Part shown: positions 49,250 through 58,518 of the stretch, piece by piece
Layout of the letters: every line of letters begins with the position of its first letter
How positions within the stretch are numbered: the stretch's first letter is position 1
Source of the DNA: an uncultured bacterium
Lineage (GTDB): Bacteria > Verrucomicrobiota > Kiritimatiellia > CAIKKV01
DNA: 64,000 nucleotides
Assembly (NCBI GenBank): GCA_938038445.1
Contig: CALHRZ010000017.1
Coordinates: 12,065-76,064, forward strand
Direction: 5' to 3'
The notes under the pieces: model-generated
Seen by the model: the letters and a program-made list of their open reading frames with translations, nothing else
What the model was told of the DNA's origin: nothing
Databases searched by the model: none
Translations under genes and position numbers: made by a program

Positions 49250-50200
49250 CTACGGCTGGACCTTCAACGACTGAATGGCTTCCCAGACGGTTTCAACCGA
49301 AAGATGCGCCAGCGCTTCGGTCGTTCGGACCGGCGTCTGCACAATTCGGACCGTGGAAGCACGGGATGCCCATACCTGAGGGTCGGAAGGACCAAAAATC
49401 ACCACGGTCGGCGTTCCCGTGGCGGCGGCAATATGCGTCACTCCGGAATCGTTCCCCACATAAAGGCGAACTGCTGAACAGACCGCCGCAAGACCCGGGA
49501 GATCCACGGGCGGCAGAACCGGAAAGGGAGCCTTCTTTGTGGCATAGAGGGCCGCCTCCCGATCATCCGCTTCCCCGAAACTGAAGAGGGGGTTGAACCC
49601 AGCACCTTGGAGACGATCGGCGATTTCAAGAAAGCAGCCGAAAGGCCAATTTTTGTTCGGACTGCCACTTCCGGGATGGATGAGAACGGGAGCCGAACCC
49701 GCTTGACATGCCAGTTGGCGACCTCGTACCCGGAGGATCTCGGGAAGCACAAGACGAGGAACCGGCTCCTCCTCCGGATAAAGAGCCAGCGTTTCCAGAG
49801 GCTTCATGAGTTGCCGGGCCGCCGGCTGATCGGACATGCGCGGCGAACCCGTTAGGACTAAACGCGCTCCCGCCCGTTCAAGCGACGTTCGAACGGAATC
49901 GTCCGGATCGTAAAGATAACTGAGGATGACGTCGAACCCCCGAATGTAGTCGGCCAGCGGCCCGCGCAACGGTCGCTCCGGAACGAACAGCATCGCCACC
50001 TGTGCCTCGTCCAACGAACGAATTCGGTCCACCAGCCCTGCCGCCAGCGCCAGCGAGGCGATATGGGGATATCCGATGAGTTCAATTCGTCCTGAAGGCC
50101 ATCGCCGCCGCAGCGCCTCGAAGACCGGCAACGTCATGACAAAATCGCCGATCGCGCCCCCGCGAAGTATCAAAAACCGAGGCGTGGAATTCATGAGCAT
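49250..50200 (-). CDS. Glycosyltransferase family 9 (heptosyltransferase-like)
   Basis: GAIGDFV, HPGSG..KNWP, GNDSGVTHIAAA, FGPSDP. Confidence 0.9.
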   Translation of the reverse strand: MLMNSTPRFLILRGGAIGDFVMTLPVFEALRRRWPSGRIELIGYPHIASLALAAGLVDRIRSLDEAQVAMLFVPERPLRGPLADYIRGFDVILSYLYDPDDSVRTSLERAGARLVLTGSPRMSDQPAARQLMKPLETLALYPEEEPVPRLVLPEILRVRGRQLACQAGSAPVLIHPGSGSPNKNWPFGCFLEIADRLQGAGFNPLFSFGEADDREAALYATKKAPFPVLPPVDLPGLAAVCSAVRLYVGNDSGVTHIAAATGTPTVVIFGPSDPQVWASRASTVRIVQTPVRTTEALAHLSVETVWEAIQSLKVQP

Positions 50201-50216
50201 ACCGAGGGTTTAAAGA

Positions 50217-50245
50217 TTGACCCCTTTGTCTTCAATTTCTACCAT
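50217..50245 (+). promoter_or_regulatory. Putative sigma70 promoter for bamD-like/lptE
   Basis: TTGACC-N17-TACCAT ending 9 nt before the ATG at 50255. Confidence 0.55.
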
Positions 50246-50254
50246 GAAGTTCCG

Positions 50255-51262
50255 ATGAAACGAATCTTTTTCCTTCTGTTGTTCGCAATGCTTGGACTTC
50301 CGTTGACTCCCCTTCGGGCGCAACAAGAAAGCGGCGAACCTATCATTTCCACGGGTCGAAGTGCTCAGGGCACATTCCGGGGACCCAGCCTTTGGGGGCG
50401 TTTGTTCGGAAAGCCCGCAGCACCGACGCCCTCCGAACAGTTCGCACTGGCCGAACGGCTCGAAACCGAAGGACAGTTCAAGGCAGCACGCCGTGCCTGG
50501 GAATCCCTCTTCCTGTGGTGGCCCCTTGCGCCCGAAGCGCCCGAAGCAGTTCAACGTCTGGCAGAACTCCTGGCGGCTGCCGGAAAAAATGAGGCCGCGT
50601 TTCAGGAATATCAATATCTCCTCGATCTCTATGGAAGCAACCTGAAGGATCTTGCCGCCGTGATTGCCCGCCAAATGGAACTCGCCAACACCGTGGCCGC
50701 CGCCCGCTCGGCTCGTTGGCTCCTCGGGGGATTCCCCAAACGGGAAACCGCCATTCCCCTCTATCTCCAAATCGCCAGCAACGCCCCACGTTCTTCGCTT
50801 GCATTCGAAGCCGGCTTCAAAGCAGCCCAACTCTATGAAATCGAACGGGAGCCGCAACAGGCCATCGCCCTCTACTACGACCTTTTGACACGACATCCCT
50901 CTGCGGCGCAAGCGGCCGACATCCCTTTTCGGATTCTCCAGGCCCAGGTGGCCCTATGCCGACGCTATCCCCATGACCAGAATCTGGCCGCCACCGTTTA
51001 TACGGATGCTCGCCGCTACCTCCAGCAGAACCCCCAAACTCCCCACGCCGAGTGGTTGCGCGAAACGATCGCCTGGCTCGAAAACCGCCTGGCCCACGCC
51101 CTAATAGACCGCGCCCGTATCTATGAACGGGCCGGACGGACGGCCCTCGCCATCCCCTTGTACGAACAATGCATCCAGCAATTTCCCAAAACCACGCCGG
51201 CGGAAAAGGCCCGCCTGCGACTTGAAACAATTCGTCCACTGGTCCAGGAGCCCCGCCCATGA
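50255..51262 (+). CDS. BamD-like TPR outer-membrane assembly protein
   Basis: Signal peptide, TPR array, FPKT C-terminal motif, upstream of lptE; no lipobox seen. Confidence 0.65.
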   Translation: MKRIFFLLLFAMLGLPLTPLRAQQESGEPIISTGRSAQGTFRGPSLWGRLFGKPAAPTPSEQFALAERLETEGQFKAARRAWESLFLWWPLAPEAPEAVQRLAELLAAAGKNEAAFQEYQYLLDLYGSNLKDLAAVIARQMELANTVAAARSARWLLGGFPKRETAIPLYLQIASNAPRSSLAFEAGFKAAQLYEIEREPQQAIALYYDLLTRHPSAAQAADIPFRILQAQVALCRRYPHDQNLAATVYTDARRYLQQNPQTPHAEWLRETIAWLENRLAHALIDRARIYERAGRTALAIPLYEQCIQQFPKTTPAEKARLRLETIRPLVQEPRP

Positions 51263-51774
51263 TCCCCGCTCGTATCTCCCGCCTCCTGCTTGCGCTCGTT
51301 CTGCTCGCTGCCGTCGCTTCAGGCTGTGCCACCTACTACCTCGGCTCGACCCTCCGGGGCTATGCCACCGTTGCCGTAGCCCCCTTCGTAAACCAGACGG
51401 GCGAACCGAACCTCGAATTCACCGCAACACAGGAAACTCTCGCCGCCTTTCAGCGGGATGGCACGTTGGATGTCGCAGATCCTGCATCCGCCGATCTGCT
51501 TGTTGAAGTCGTGCTCCAAGAGGCGCAATTCGAAGCCGTAGGTTTTGTCCGCCGCCGTTCCGCAACGGCCAACGAATTCCGCTATACGCTCACGGCCCGA
51601 ATGACGGTCACCGATCGAAAAACGGGACAAAAATTGTTCGACAACCGTCTCGTGCGGGGAGAATACACCTTTCAAACGGAAGGCGACGCCCAGCAGGCCC
51701 GACTTTCCGCCCAGCAGGGCGTGACGCGCGACCTGGCTCAACGGCTGGTGCGTGTGATCGTCGAATACTGGTAA
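51259..51774 (+). CDS. lptE: LPS assembly lipoprotein LptE-like
   Basis: Lipobox VASGC, F.N.T.EP.LE, C-terminal LAQRLV..W. Confidence 0.8.
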   Translation: MIPARISRLLLALVLLAAVASGCATYYLGSTLRGYATVAVAPFVNQTGEPNLEFTATQETLAAFQRDGTLDVADPASADLLVEVVLQEAQFEAVGFVRRRSATANEFRYTLTARMTVTDRKTGQKLFDNRLVRGEYTFQTEGDAQQARLSAQQGVTRDLAQRLVRVIVEYW

Positions 51775-52053
51775 TCAGGCCGGAACCGTCGGCAGCGCCT
51801 TCTGCATACGAAGCGCTCCACGGCTTTTGTTGCGGTCGGCTGTGTTTTTTTTGAGAATGCCCCGTTTCACGGCCTTGTCCAGTTCCGAACAATAGGCCCG
51901 GTACTGGGTTTCCATCGCTTCCCGGTTGCCGGTCGCGAGGCTTTCGTCGAATTTGCGGCGAAGCGTCCGCAGCTTATTCTTCTCCGCCACGTTTCGCTGA
52001 TGATGCTTGCGGTTCTGACGTAACCGCTTGGCGGCGCTTTTCGTCGTGGGCAT
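51775..52053 (-). CDS. rpsT: 30S ribosomal protein S20
   Basis: KSAAKRLRQ, LDKAVKRGILKKNTADRNKSR. Confidence 0.97.
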   Translation of the reverse strand: MPTTKSAAKRLRQNRKHHQRNVAEKNKLRTLRRKFDESLATGNREAMETQYRAYCSELDKAVKRGILKKNTADRNKSRGALRMQKALPTVPA

Positions 52054-52089
52054 GAATAATCCCTTCTGCTGATAACAATTGAGGGGATG

Positions 52090-52117
52090 ATCTTAGGGAA
52101 ACCAGCGAAATTGTCAA
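52090..52117 (-). promoter_or_regulatory. Putative rpsT promoter
   Basis: TTGACA-N16-TAAGAT on the minus strand. Confidence 0.65.
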
Positions 52118-52130
52118 GCACATCGCAGCA

Positions 52131-52151
52131 GGTTCCGCCTGCGGCGGAGCC
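52131..52151 (-). terminator. GC hairpin just after the nrdG stop
   Basis: GGTTCCGCC-TGC-GGCGGAGCC; no U-tract. Confidence 0.3.
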
Positions 52152-52152
52152 G

Positions 52153-52857
52153 CTACACCCCTTCGATGACAACTTCCCGAACGTAGGAACGCATCAGCGC
52201 GCGGATCTCTTCCATCCGGCGGGCAGGGGTCCGGGGCCGAGTTCGATAGGCCGGGTCGGGAAGATCGGGTCGCGGGACAAACGGTTGAAGGCGATAGTGA
52301 CTTGCCCCACGAATCCACTCGCCCACCGCATGCATCACCTCGTCTGTGTGCTCCGGAACAAGAACAGTGGTCCGAAAAATTCCCCGTCCCTCCATGCCCC
52401 GCACCAACGCAATCGAGCGGCCAATGGCGGCCACATCGTCCCACCCCGTCAAGTCGGGATAAAGCGCCGGGGATGCCTTGACGTCCATCGCCACACAGTC
52501 GGCCCATTCGGCGAGTTTCTGCACAACCGCAGGTATCGTCCCGTTCGTATCCACCTTCACGGCGAAACCCAACCCTCGAAAAAAGGAAATAAGATCTCCC
52601 AGATCGTCAACCAGGGTAGGTTCTCCCCCCGTGATTACCACGCCCGTCACCCAGTTCTCGCGGAACGCACGGCAGACCTCCTCCAGCCGGCTCCAAGGCA
52701 ATCCCGGCTGAGGCGCCCCCATCAAGGCGGCATTATGACAGAATCGGCACCGCAAATTGCAACCCGAAACGAAAAAAACAGCCGCCAACCGCCCCGGCCA
52801 GTCGGTCAAGGTCGGTTGCCGTTGAAAACCCAACACCGGCGATGGATCTTCCCTCAT
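52153..52857 (-). CDS. nrdG: Anaerobic ribonucleotide reductase activating radical SAM enzyme
   Basis: GCNLRCRFCHN, TGGEP, DTNG; in an operon with nrdD. Confidence 0.92.
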   Translation of the reverse strand: MREDPSPVLGFQRQPTLTDWPGRLAAVFFVSGCNLRCRFCHNAALMGAPQPGLPWSRLEEVCRAFRENWVTGVVITGGEPTLVDDLGDLISFFRGLGFAVKVDTNGTIPAVVQKLAEWADCVAMDVKASPALYPDLTGWDDVAAIGRSIALVRGMEGRGIFRTTVLVPEHTDEVMHAVGEWIRGASHYRLQPFVPRPDLPDPAYRTRPRTPARRMEEIRALMRSYVREVVIEGV

Positions 52858-53270
52858 GAGGCGCTCGCAAGGGATTCGGCTAGAACGGCCTCGATCATCG
52901 CCTTGGTAAGGATCCCCTTGCCAACCTCACTGTAATCGGTCTGGAGCCCGAAATATTGATACAGCTTGCGGGAACCGCAAACGGGGTCCGGCTTCCCCGG
53001 CGAAGGATTCGGGACCGGCTCCATCCGGCCCGTCTGAGGGTCCCGCTTCAGGATCAAAAAGGCCGGAATTCTCTGGGGATTAAGACATTCCGCCTTGCAG
53101 AAGGCGACAATCCCTTCCTCCGTCTCGACATCCACATACTCTTTTTCGAACCGATCACGCCAATCCGGCCGGTTGAGTACGTCCTCCAAACGATCCTGAA
53201 GAATCTTGCATTTCGGGCAACCGGCTTTGCCGAAAACACGGATGACAAGCTTTCCATTCGTTCCCGTCAT
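52854..53270 (-). CDS. Thioredoxin/glutaredoxin-like protein (CPKC)
   Basis: VFGKAGCPKC and a RIP candidate cis-Pro; ATGA-coupled to both nrdD and nrdG. Confidence 0.8.
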   Translation of the reverse strand: MTGTNGKLVIRVFGKAGCPKCKILQDRLEDVLNRPDWRDRFEKEYVDVETEEGIVAFCKAECLNPQRIPAFLILKRDPQTGRMEPVPNPSPGKPDPVCGSRKLYQYFGLQTDYSEVGKGILTKAMIEAVLAESLASAS

Positions 53271-56029
53271 GCGTGCGTCTCCCCTTCCCCATCCGAAACG
53301 AACATCCTCACGGCGCCTTCTACGCCGCCCTTTTCTTCCGCTGCAGCCGTCATCGTCACCGCTTCCACCGCATAGGTTCCTCGCTGCCGGGCCGGCAGTT
53401 CTCCAAAGCGTTTGGACTTGTTCCAGTTCTGAATCTTGCTGAAGTATCCCACCACGCGGGTTTCCCCCACCACGTTCTTCGAACCACAATGGCGGCAGAC
53501 TTCCTGAAGCCCCCGATCGGTCTGATAGCAGTCGTTGCAATACGTGAACTCCGGCGAAATCGTGACCTGCGCCGCCTGGGTCCGGGAAAACACCTCGCGA
53601 ATGAGCACCCCGATCGAATCGGGATCCGGCCGTTGTTCGCCCACGAAAGCATGAATGATGGCCCCCGACTCAATCATGCTGTGAAACATGCTCTGTTTGC
53701 GGATCCGCTCAATGAGAGAAACGGGCGCGTCGGCCGCGAGATGGATGGAATTCGTATAGTAGGCGTAGTCTTCATCGCCGCCCTTGACGACTTGCATTGC
53801 CTCCTCGCGGAAATAGATGAGATCCGCCTTCGCCAACCGACGGGCCGCGCTCTCCGCCGGCGATTCCTCGAGCGAAAATTTCATCCCGTGCTTTTTCGAA
53901 AGCTTGCGCGCCCGCTGATACATGTGGGCGCAAATTCGAAGAGCCAAATCAAAGGCTGCCTCCGACTCATGCATCTGAGCGCCCGTGAGAAACTGAACGG
54001 CATCGTTAAGCCCGATCAGGCCCAGAATATACGTGCTGCTTTCGAGCGAGACATACGGCTTGCCGTCGCAGGCATTCTTCCCAATCTGGTAGAGTGGCCA
54101 ACCAGGACCGCTCATGAGTTGACGCACCTTTGCCTGCTTCTGGAGGTGGGCCTGGACCGCAAGGTCCATCGTCGCATCCAACTGCTCGAAGAGTCCTTCC
54201 AGACTCTTCTTCCCAACCCGCGCCGCCCGGTACGCCGCCTGCGGAATATTGATCGTCACATTCTGGAAACCGCAGAATCGCAAGGACTCGGGGTGTTTCA
54301 ACATCCGATTGTCATGAATGGTAGTCCGAAGACGACAGCAAGCGGAAAGGGTTACCTCGTCCCGGTCAAAGATAAAATAGGTCGAACCGTTCCGACTGGC
54401 CAGTTCGCACGCCTTTCGGAAGATCGCATATTGAGCCGGATCCCCAAACGTTTCTTCACTGACATGAAAATCGCACTTCGGAAATTCGAATACCCGGCCA
54501 TGTCGGTCCCCCTCCCCCCATACTTCGAGAAGCGCCACGGCAAACCGCTGCGCCTCCCGCTCAAAATCTCCGTACGTCACAATCGCTTCGCCGCGCGACT
54601 GAAGATCCGCCGCGACTTGCTCATCATACCGAATGTTTTCGACTTTGTCCGCCAGTTCGCGCAAAACCAGTCGCCGCGTTCCGTCAGCTTCCCGAACATA
54701 CAGGTCCATCAGCCGATAGCCCGCGGGGTCCTTATCCTCACGCGGAACCTCTTCCAATTCGACAATCCGGCCGTCGGCCCGGCGGAGCAGATAGTGCCCT
54801 CCCGGCCCAATGGCAGGAACCTTCTTCAGATAGCGGGGTACGCCGGTGTGAATGTTGAAATCCAGAAAGAGGGTCTGACCCCCGCGCGAAAAGGCGTTTT
54901 GCGAACCGTTGAAAATCAGTTCCTGGGCAATCTGCTTGATCTCCCGGTCACTCATACCCACAAGAAACGGCGCATACATGATGTTGATGTACGCCAGGCC
55001 GAGTGCGCCCGCGTAGTTCGCCTGCATCGAGGCGAGAAAGGTGTTGATATGGCCCGTAAGAACCGATGCGCTCCGAGCGGGGCGTGACTCCGTGTTGAGA
55101 TTCGCCAGCCCCGTCAGGCCATACTTCTTCACATATTCCACCGAATGAGAAGAGCAATACACCCGATGCGGATACCCCAAATCATGCAGATGAATCGCCC
55201 CCGTATCGTGGGCCCGCTTGACCTCGGGGGAGAAAATCGTATCCAGCGCCCACTGCTTGAGCACCAATTCCGCAATGCCCAGATTGACCGCCTCGGGGTT
55301 GTTGTTCACGATGTTGCTGTTCTCGGTGGACTTCGTGAACATCAGGCTTTCCACAAACTCCTTCGGAACCGCATAGAGCGAAAGATCCCGCAGCTGGGCG
55401 TGATAACCCCTTTCTTCCAGTTCGTTGTTGACCAACGCCCGGATCAGCGCAGTGCTGATCGTCTTGAGTTGACTGGTAATGATCCGATTTTCGACCGCTT
55501 TCGCAATACTCTCCGCCACATCCAAGGACAGATCCGTCTTCTGCACCAGCTGTTTGACAATCCGAGTCCGATCCCAGGGCATCGTCTCGTTCCGGGTGGC
55601 CGATTCCACCAGCAGAAGACTCGCGTCCGTCACATCCACCGAGCGTTTGTGGAGATCCCGTACCCGAATCCGTTGCCGTGCAAGTTCCCGTTGCTTGCGG
55701 TAGCGCTTGTACGCCGAAACAATCGCCGTCTGCCCCTCTTCCGCCAACACAATCTCCACCAAATCTTGCACGTCCTCAATCTGGGGAATCCGCTTGCCGC
55801 CGTCCGAGGGAGAAGGATAGACGTAATACTCACTCTGTGGAGTGTCAAGTTGACGCAAAACCTCATCGGTAATCCGCACCGGAAGCGTCGAATCGAACGG
55901 AACCCCCTCTTTGCGGGCAACCTCCTCCGCCGCACGCTGGATCGCTGTCTCGATCTTCACTCGCTGAAACGGAACCACATTTCCATCCCGCTTCCGGAAC
56001 CCATCGAAATGAACCTCTACTGTCGCCAT
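53267..56029 (-). CDS. nrdD: Class III anaerobic ribonucleotide reductase with two ATP cones
   Basis: IHLHDL..YC, RGGQ, SACCRL, EESPAES, YYTNS, C4 zinc site, RVVGY glycyl-radical loop. Confidence 0.96.
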   Translation of the reverse strand: MATVEVHFDGFRKRDGNVVPFQRVKIETAIQRAAEEVARKEGVPFDSTLPVRITDEVLRQLDTPQSEYYVYPSPSDGGKRIPQIEDVQDLVEIVLAEEGQTAIVSAYKRYRKQRELARQRIRVRDLHKRSVDVTDASLLLVESATRNETMPWDRTRIVKQLVQKTDLSLDVAESIAKAVENRIITSQLKTISTALIRALVNNELEERGYHAQLRDLSLYAVPKEFVESLMFTKSTENSNIVNNNPEAVNLGIAELVLKQWALDTIFSPEVKRAHDTGAIHLHDLGYPHRVYCSSHSVEYVKKYGLTGLANLNTESRPARSASVLTGHINTFLASMQANYAGALGLAYINIMYAPFLVGMSDREIKQIAQELIFNGSQNAFSRGGQTLFLDFNIHTGVPRYLKKVPAIGPGGHYLLRRADGRIVELEEVPREDKDPAGYRLMDLYVREADGTRRLVLRELADKVENIRYDEQVAADLQSRGEAIVTYGDFEREAQRFAVALLEVWGEGDRHGRVFEFPKCDFHVSEETFGDPAQYAIFRKACELASRNGSTYFIFDRDEVTLSACCRLRTTIHDNRMLKHPESLRFCGFQNVTINIPQAAYRAARVGKKSLEGLFEQLDATMDLAVQAHLQKQAKVRQLMSGPGWPLYQIGKNACDGKPYVSLESSTYILGLIGLNDAVQFLTGAQMHESEAAFDLALRICAHMYQRARKLSKKHGMKFSLEESPAESAARRLAKADLIYFREEAMQVVKGGDEDYAYYTNSIHLAADAPVSLIERIRKQSMFHSMIESGAIIHAFVGEQRPDPDSIGVLIREVFSRTQAAQVTISPEFTYCNDCYQTDRGLQEVCRHCGSKNVVGETRVVGYFSKIQNWNKSKRFGELPARQRGTYAVEAVTMTAAAEEKGGVEGAVRMFVSDGEGETHA

Positions 56030-56102
56030 TGAAATCTCTCCACTTTGATCGCTTCCACCCTCTATCTCCTCCCAAATGAAACCCTCACTGTTATCTTCAA
56101 TA

Positions 56103-56149
56103 CCACTATATATTGTGTTGTTATGGTTGTCAACCCCCCTATGTTGCTT
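56103..56149. promoter_or_regulatory. Tandem NrdR-like boxes overlapping the nrdD promoter
   Basis: CCACTATATATTGTGT (56103-56118) fits acaCwAtATaTwGtgt; a weaker box starts 31 bp away (56134-56149). Minus-strand promoter TTGACA(56133-56128)-N17-TATAGT(56110-56105). Confidence 0.8.
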
Positions 56150-56337
56150 TTTTCTTTTTGTTTCCCCTATGATGGCGAAGAGCATTTCAAGGGTCAAGTC
56201 TTTCCCTGTTTCCCACTCCCAAAACACTCTTTTTACAAGGTTTTTATGCTTAAATAACTTTCCGAATTTTTACTTTTTTCTTGCGTTCACCCCCGCGGCC
56301 GTTAGAGTATTTCCACGTACACCAAAAGGAGTACACC

Positions 56338-57309
56338 GTGAAGCGATCCCTCCTTCTTCTCGTCTCGCTGATGTTGGTCTTCTCTTCCACCCCCAGCCGG
56401 GCCCTCTGGGGAAAGGCCGAAACAAAAACCGAGTCCGGAAATGCCGATCTCAAACTGGGGACATACAAAGGACTCAAACATGCCATCGGCTGCAAAGAGT
56501 TCGAAAACGAAGCCGGATGGCGCGGAGAATGGGACCTCGGCCGAAATCTCACCACGATGCTCGAGTCTGCCCTTTACGACTCGGGCCGATTCATTATCGT
56601 TGAACGTGAAAAACTTAAGGATGTCATCGCGGAGCAAGACCTCATAACCTCCGGCCGCGCAGCCAAGGCAAAAAACGTCGCGCAAACGGGACTCATCCGA
56701 CCCGCCCGTTATATCGCCGCCGGCGCAATCACAGAAGTCTCCCATAACCAGTCGGGTGGCGGAGCCGGAGTGAACATCGGAGGATTCCGAATCGGCGGCA
56801 GCCGCTCGGAAGCCCAGATCGCCCTCATCGTCAAACTGGTGGACACCACGACAGGCGAAATTGTGGCCAAGGAACGGATCGTCGGAAAGGCCGGCGCTAC
56901 CGGCCTTAACGTCGGCCTAACCTCGGGCTCCGTGGGCGTGGATCTCGGCGGATTCAAAAAGACCCCCATCGGACAAGCCGCTCAAGATTGCATCAACCAG
57001 GCCGCCGCCTTCATCGCCAAAAAAATGGAAACGTTCCCATTCGAAGGCAGTGTCGTCCGCGCCGCCGGCGGCAAAATCTATATCAACCGCGGCGCCGAAT
57101 TCGGAGTCGAACCGGGTCAAATTCTTGTCATGATGACGGAAGGCGAATTGCTGACAGATCCTGACACGGGAGCCATCCTGGGCCGAACCGAGAGCGAAAC
57201 CATCGGAAAAATCAAAGTCGTGCGGGTAGAGGAAAAAATTGCAGTCTGCGAGGTGCTCGAGGGCGAAAAAAATCCCTCAATCGGTGTTCGAGTCATTCCC
57301 GGCAGCTGA
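56338..57309 (+). CDS. CsgG/HfaB family protein with an FlgT-C-like C-terminal domain
   Basis: GTG start after AAGGAG; signal peptide; SGRFIIVERE, G.ITE, LVDTTTGEIV; IYINRG..DPDTG tail. Confidence 0.8.
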   Translation: MKRSLLLLVSLMLVFSSTPSRALWGKAETKTESGNADLKLGTYKGLKHAIGCKEFENEAGWRGEWDLGRNLTTMLESALYDSGRFIIVEREKLKDVIAEQDLITSGRAAKAKNVAQTGLIRPARYIAAGAITEVSHNQSGGGAGVNIGGFRIGGSRSEAQIALIVKLVDTTTGEIVAKERIVGKAGATGLNVGLTSGSVGVDLGGFKKTPIGQAAQDCINQAAAFIAKKMETFPFEGSVVRAAGGKIYINRGAEFGVEPGQILVMMTEGELLTDPDTGAILGRTESETIGKIKVVRVEEKIAVCEVLEGEKNPSIGVRVIPGS

Positions 57310-57516
57310 ACCCCACGGTTTGCGACGTCGTGCCAGTTCCTCCATTAGCCGCTTCAATTCCCGCTCTTGGCATGCCGGGCAAAGCCCATGAGAAATGAGA
57401 TGCAACCCACCCGGCTTGACGCCCAGCCATTCGCCACACACCGAACACCGAACGTACATAAGTTCGCCGCTCTCTTCCGGTTCCGAAGCGGGCGGATTGG
57501 CAGATTCTTCCGGCAT
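57277..57516 (-). CDS. Small Cys/His zinc-binding protein
   Basis: CSVC..ISHGLCPAC; fills the gap between csgG-like and the nucleotidyltransferase. Confidence 0.6.
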   Translation of the reverse strand: MPEESANPPASEPEESGELMYVRCSVCGEWLGVKPGGLHLISHGLCPACQERELKRLMEELARRRKPWGSAAGNDSNTD

Positions 57517-57591
57517 TCCCACACCCATACCTTATTTTCCATTGTAAGCGTTCCCTCCTTAAATGCAACATCCTAACGCCTATTTCTTTTT

Positions 57592-58500
57592 ATGGCCGAT
57601 TTAACCCTCGTCGTCCTCGCCGCCGGCATCGGCAGCCGCTACGGCGGTCTCAAACAGATCGAAGCCGTCGGACCTGCGGGTGAGCTCGTGATTGATTACT
57701 CGCTCTTCGACGCAAAAAATGCCGGCTTTCAAAAGGTCGTGTTTGTGATTCGGCGCGAAATCGAACCGTCCTTCCGAGAGGCGATCGGCCGGCGAATCGA
57801 ACGCCTGATGAACGTCGCCTATGTTTTCCAATCTCTTGACGACCTGCCGCCTCCCTTTACCCCCCCTTCTCCTCGATCCAAACCCTGGGGAACCGGCCAC
57901 GCCGTCTGGTCAGCCCGCTCCGCCGTTACAACCCCTTTCGCCGTCATCAATGCCGACGACTTCTATGGCCGAAACGCTTACCGTTTGCTCGCCGAGTTTC
58001 TCACCGCTACTCCCCCCCTCTCCCCCCATTTCGCCCTGGCCGCCTATACCCTCCGCAATACGCTTTCCGACCACGGATCGGTCGCCCGCGGCGTCTGCCG
58101 TGTAACCCCCGATGGCTTCCTGGCCGGTGTCACGGAATATACCCACATCACGCGAGATGGACGCGGCGCCCGCGCCGAAGACGCGCAAGGCCAAAAATTT
58201 TGTTTCACAGGAGACGAACCCGTCTCGATGAATATCTGGGGCTTCACCCCCACCCTCTTCCCCCTGCTCGAAAGCGCGTTCCGTTCTTTTCTCGCTGAAC
58301 GAGGAACCGACCCAAAGGCCGAGTTCTTTCTCCCCACCGCCGTCGATGGGTTTATCCGGAATGGCCGGGCTTCCGTCCGGGTGCTCGCCACCGCCGACCC
58401 TTGGTTCGGTATAACCTACCCCGCCGACCGCGAAACGGTCCGCGAAGCCATTCGCCATCTCGTCCGGCGCGGGGAATACCCCGCACCCCTCTGGCGTTGA
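57592..58500 (+). CDS. Sugar-phosphate nucleotidyltransferase
   Basis: LAAGIGSRYGGLKQ, KPWGTGHA, INADDFYG, WFGITY. Confidence 0.9.
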   Translation: MADLTLVVLAAGIGSRYGGLKQIEAVGPAGELVIDYSLFDAKNAGFQKVVFVIRREIEPSFREAIGRRIERLMNVAYVFQSLDDLPPPFTPPSPRSKPWGTGHAVWSARSAVTTPFAVINADDFYGRNAYRLLAEFLTATPPLSPHFALAAYTLRNTLSDHGSVARGVCRVTPDGFLAGVTEYTHITRDGRGARAEDAQGQKFCFTGDEPVSMNIWGFTPTLFPLLESAFRSFLAERGTDPKAEFFLPTAVDGFIRNGRASVRVLATADPWFGITYPADRETVREAIRHLVRRGEYPAPLWR

Positions 58501-58518
58501 CCCCCCCTCCAGCCCGAA

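Noticed and set aside
54580-54795. Possible intein in nrdD
   Set aside because: Too short, with no Cys/Ser start, His-Asn end or endonuclease motif.
53273-55087. 604-aa plus-strand ORF and similar long antisense ORFs (3052-4092, 7283-8380, 25563-27971, 34332-36665)
   Set aside because: They lie opposite well-supported genes and have no family motifs.
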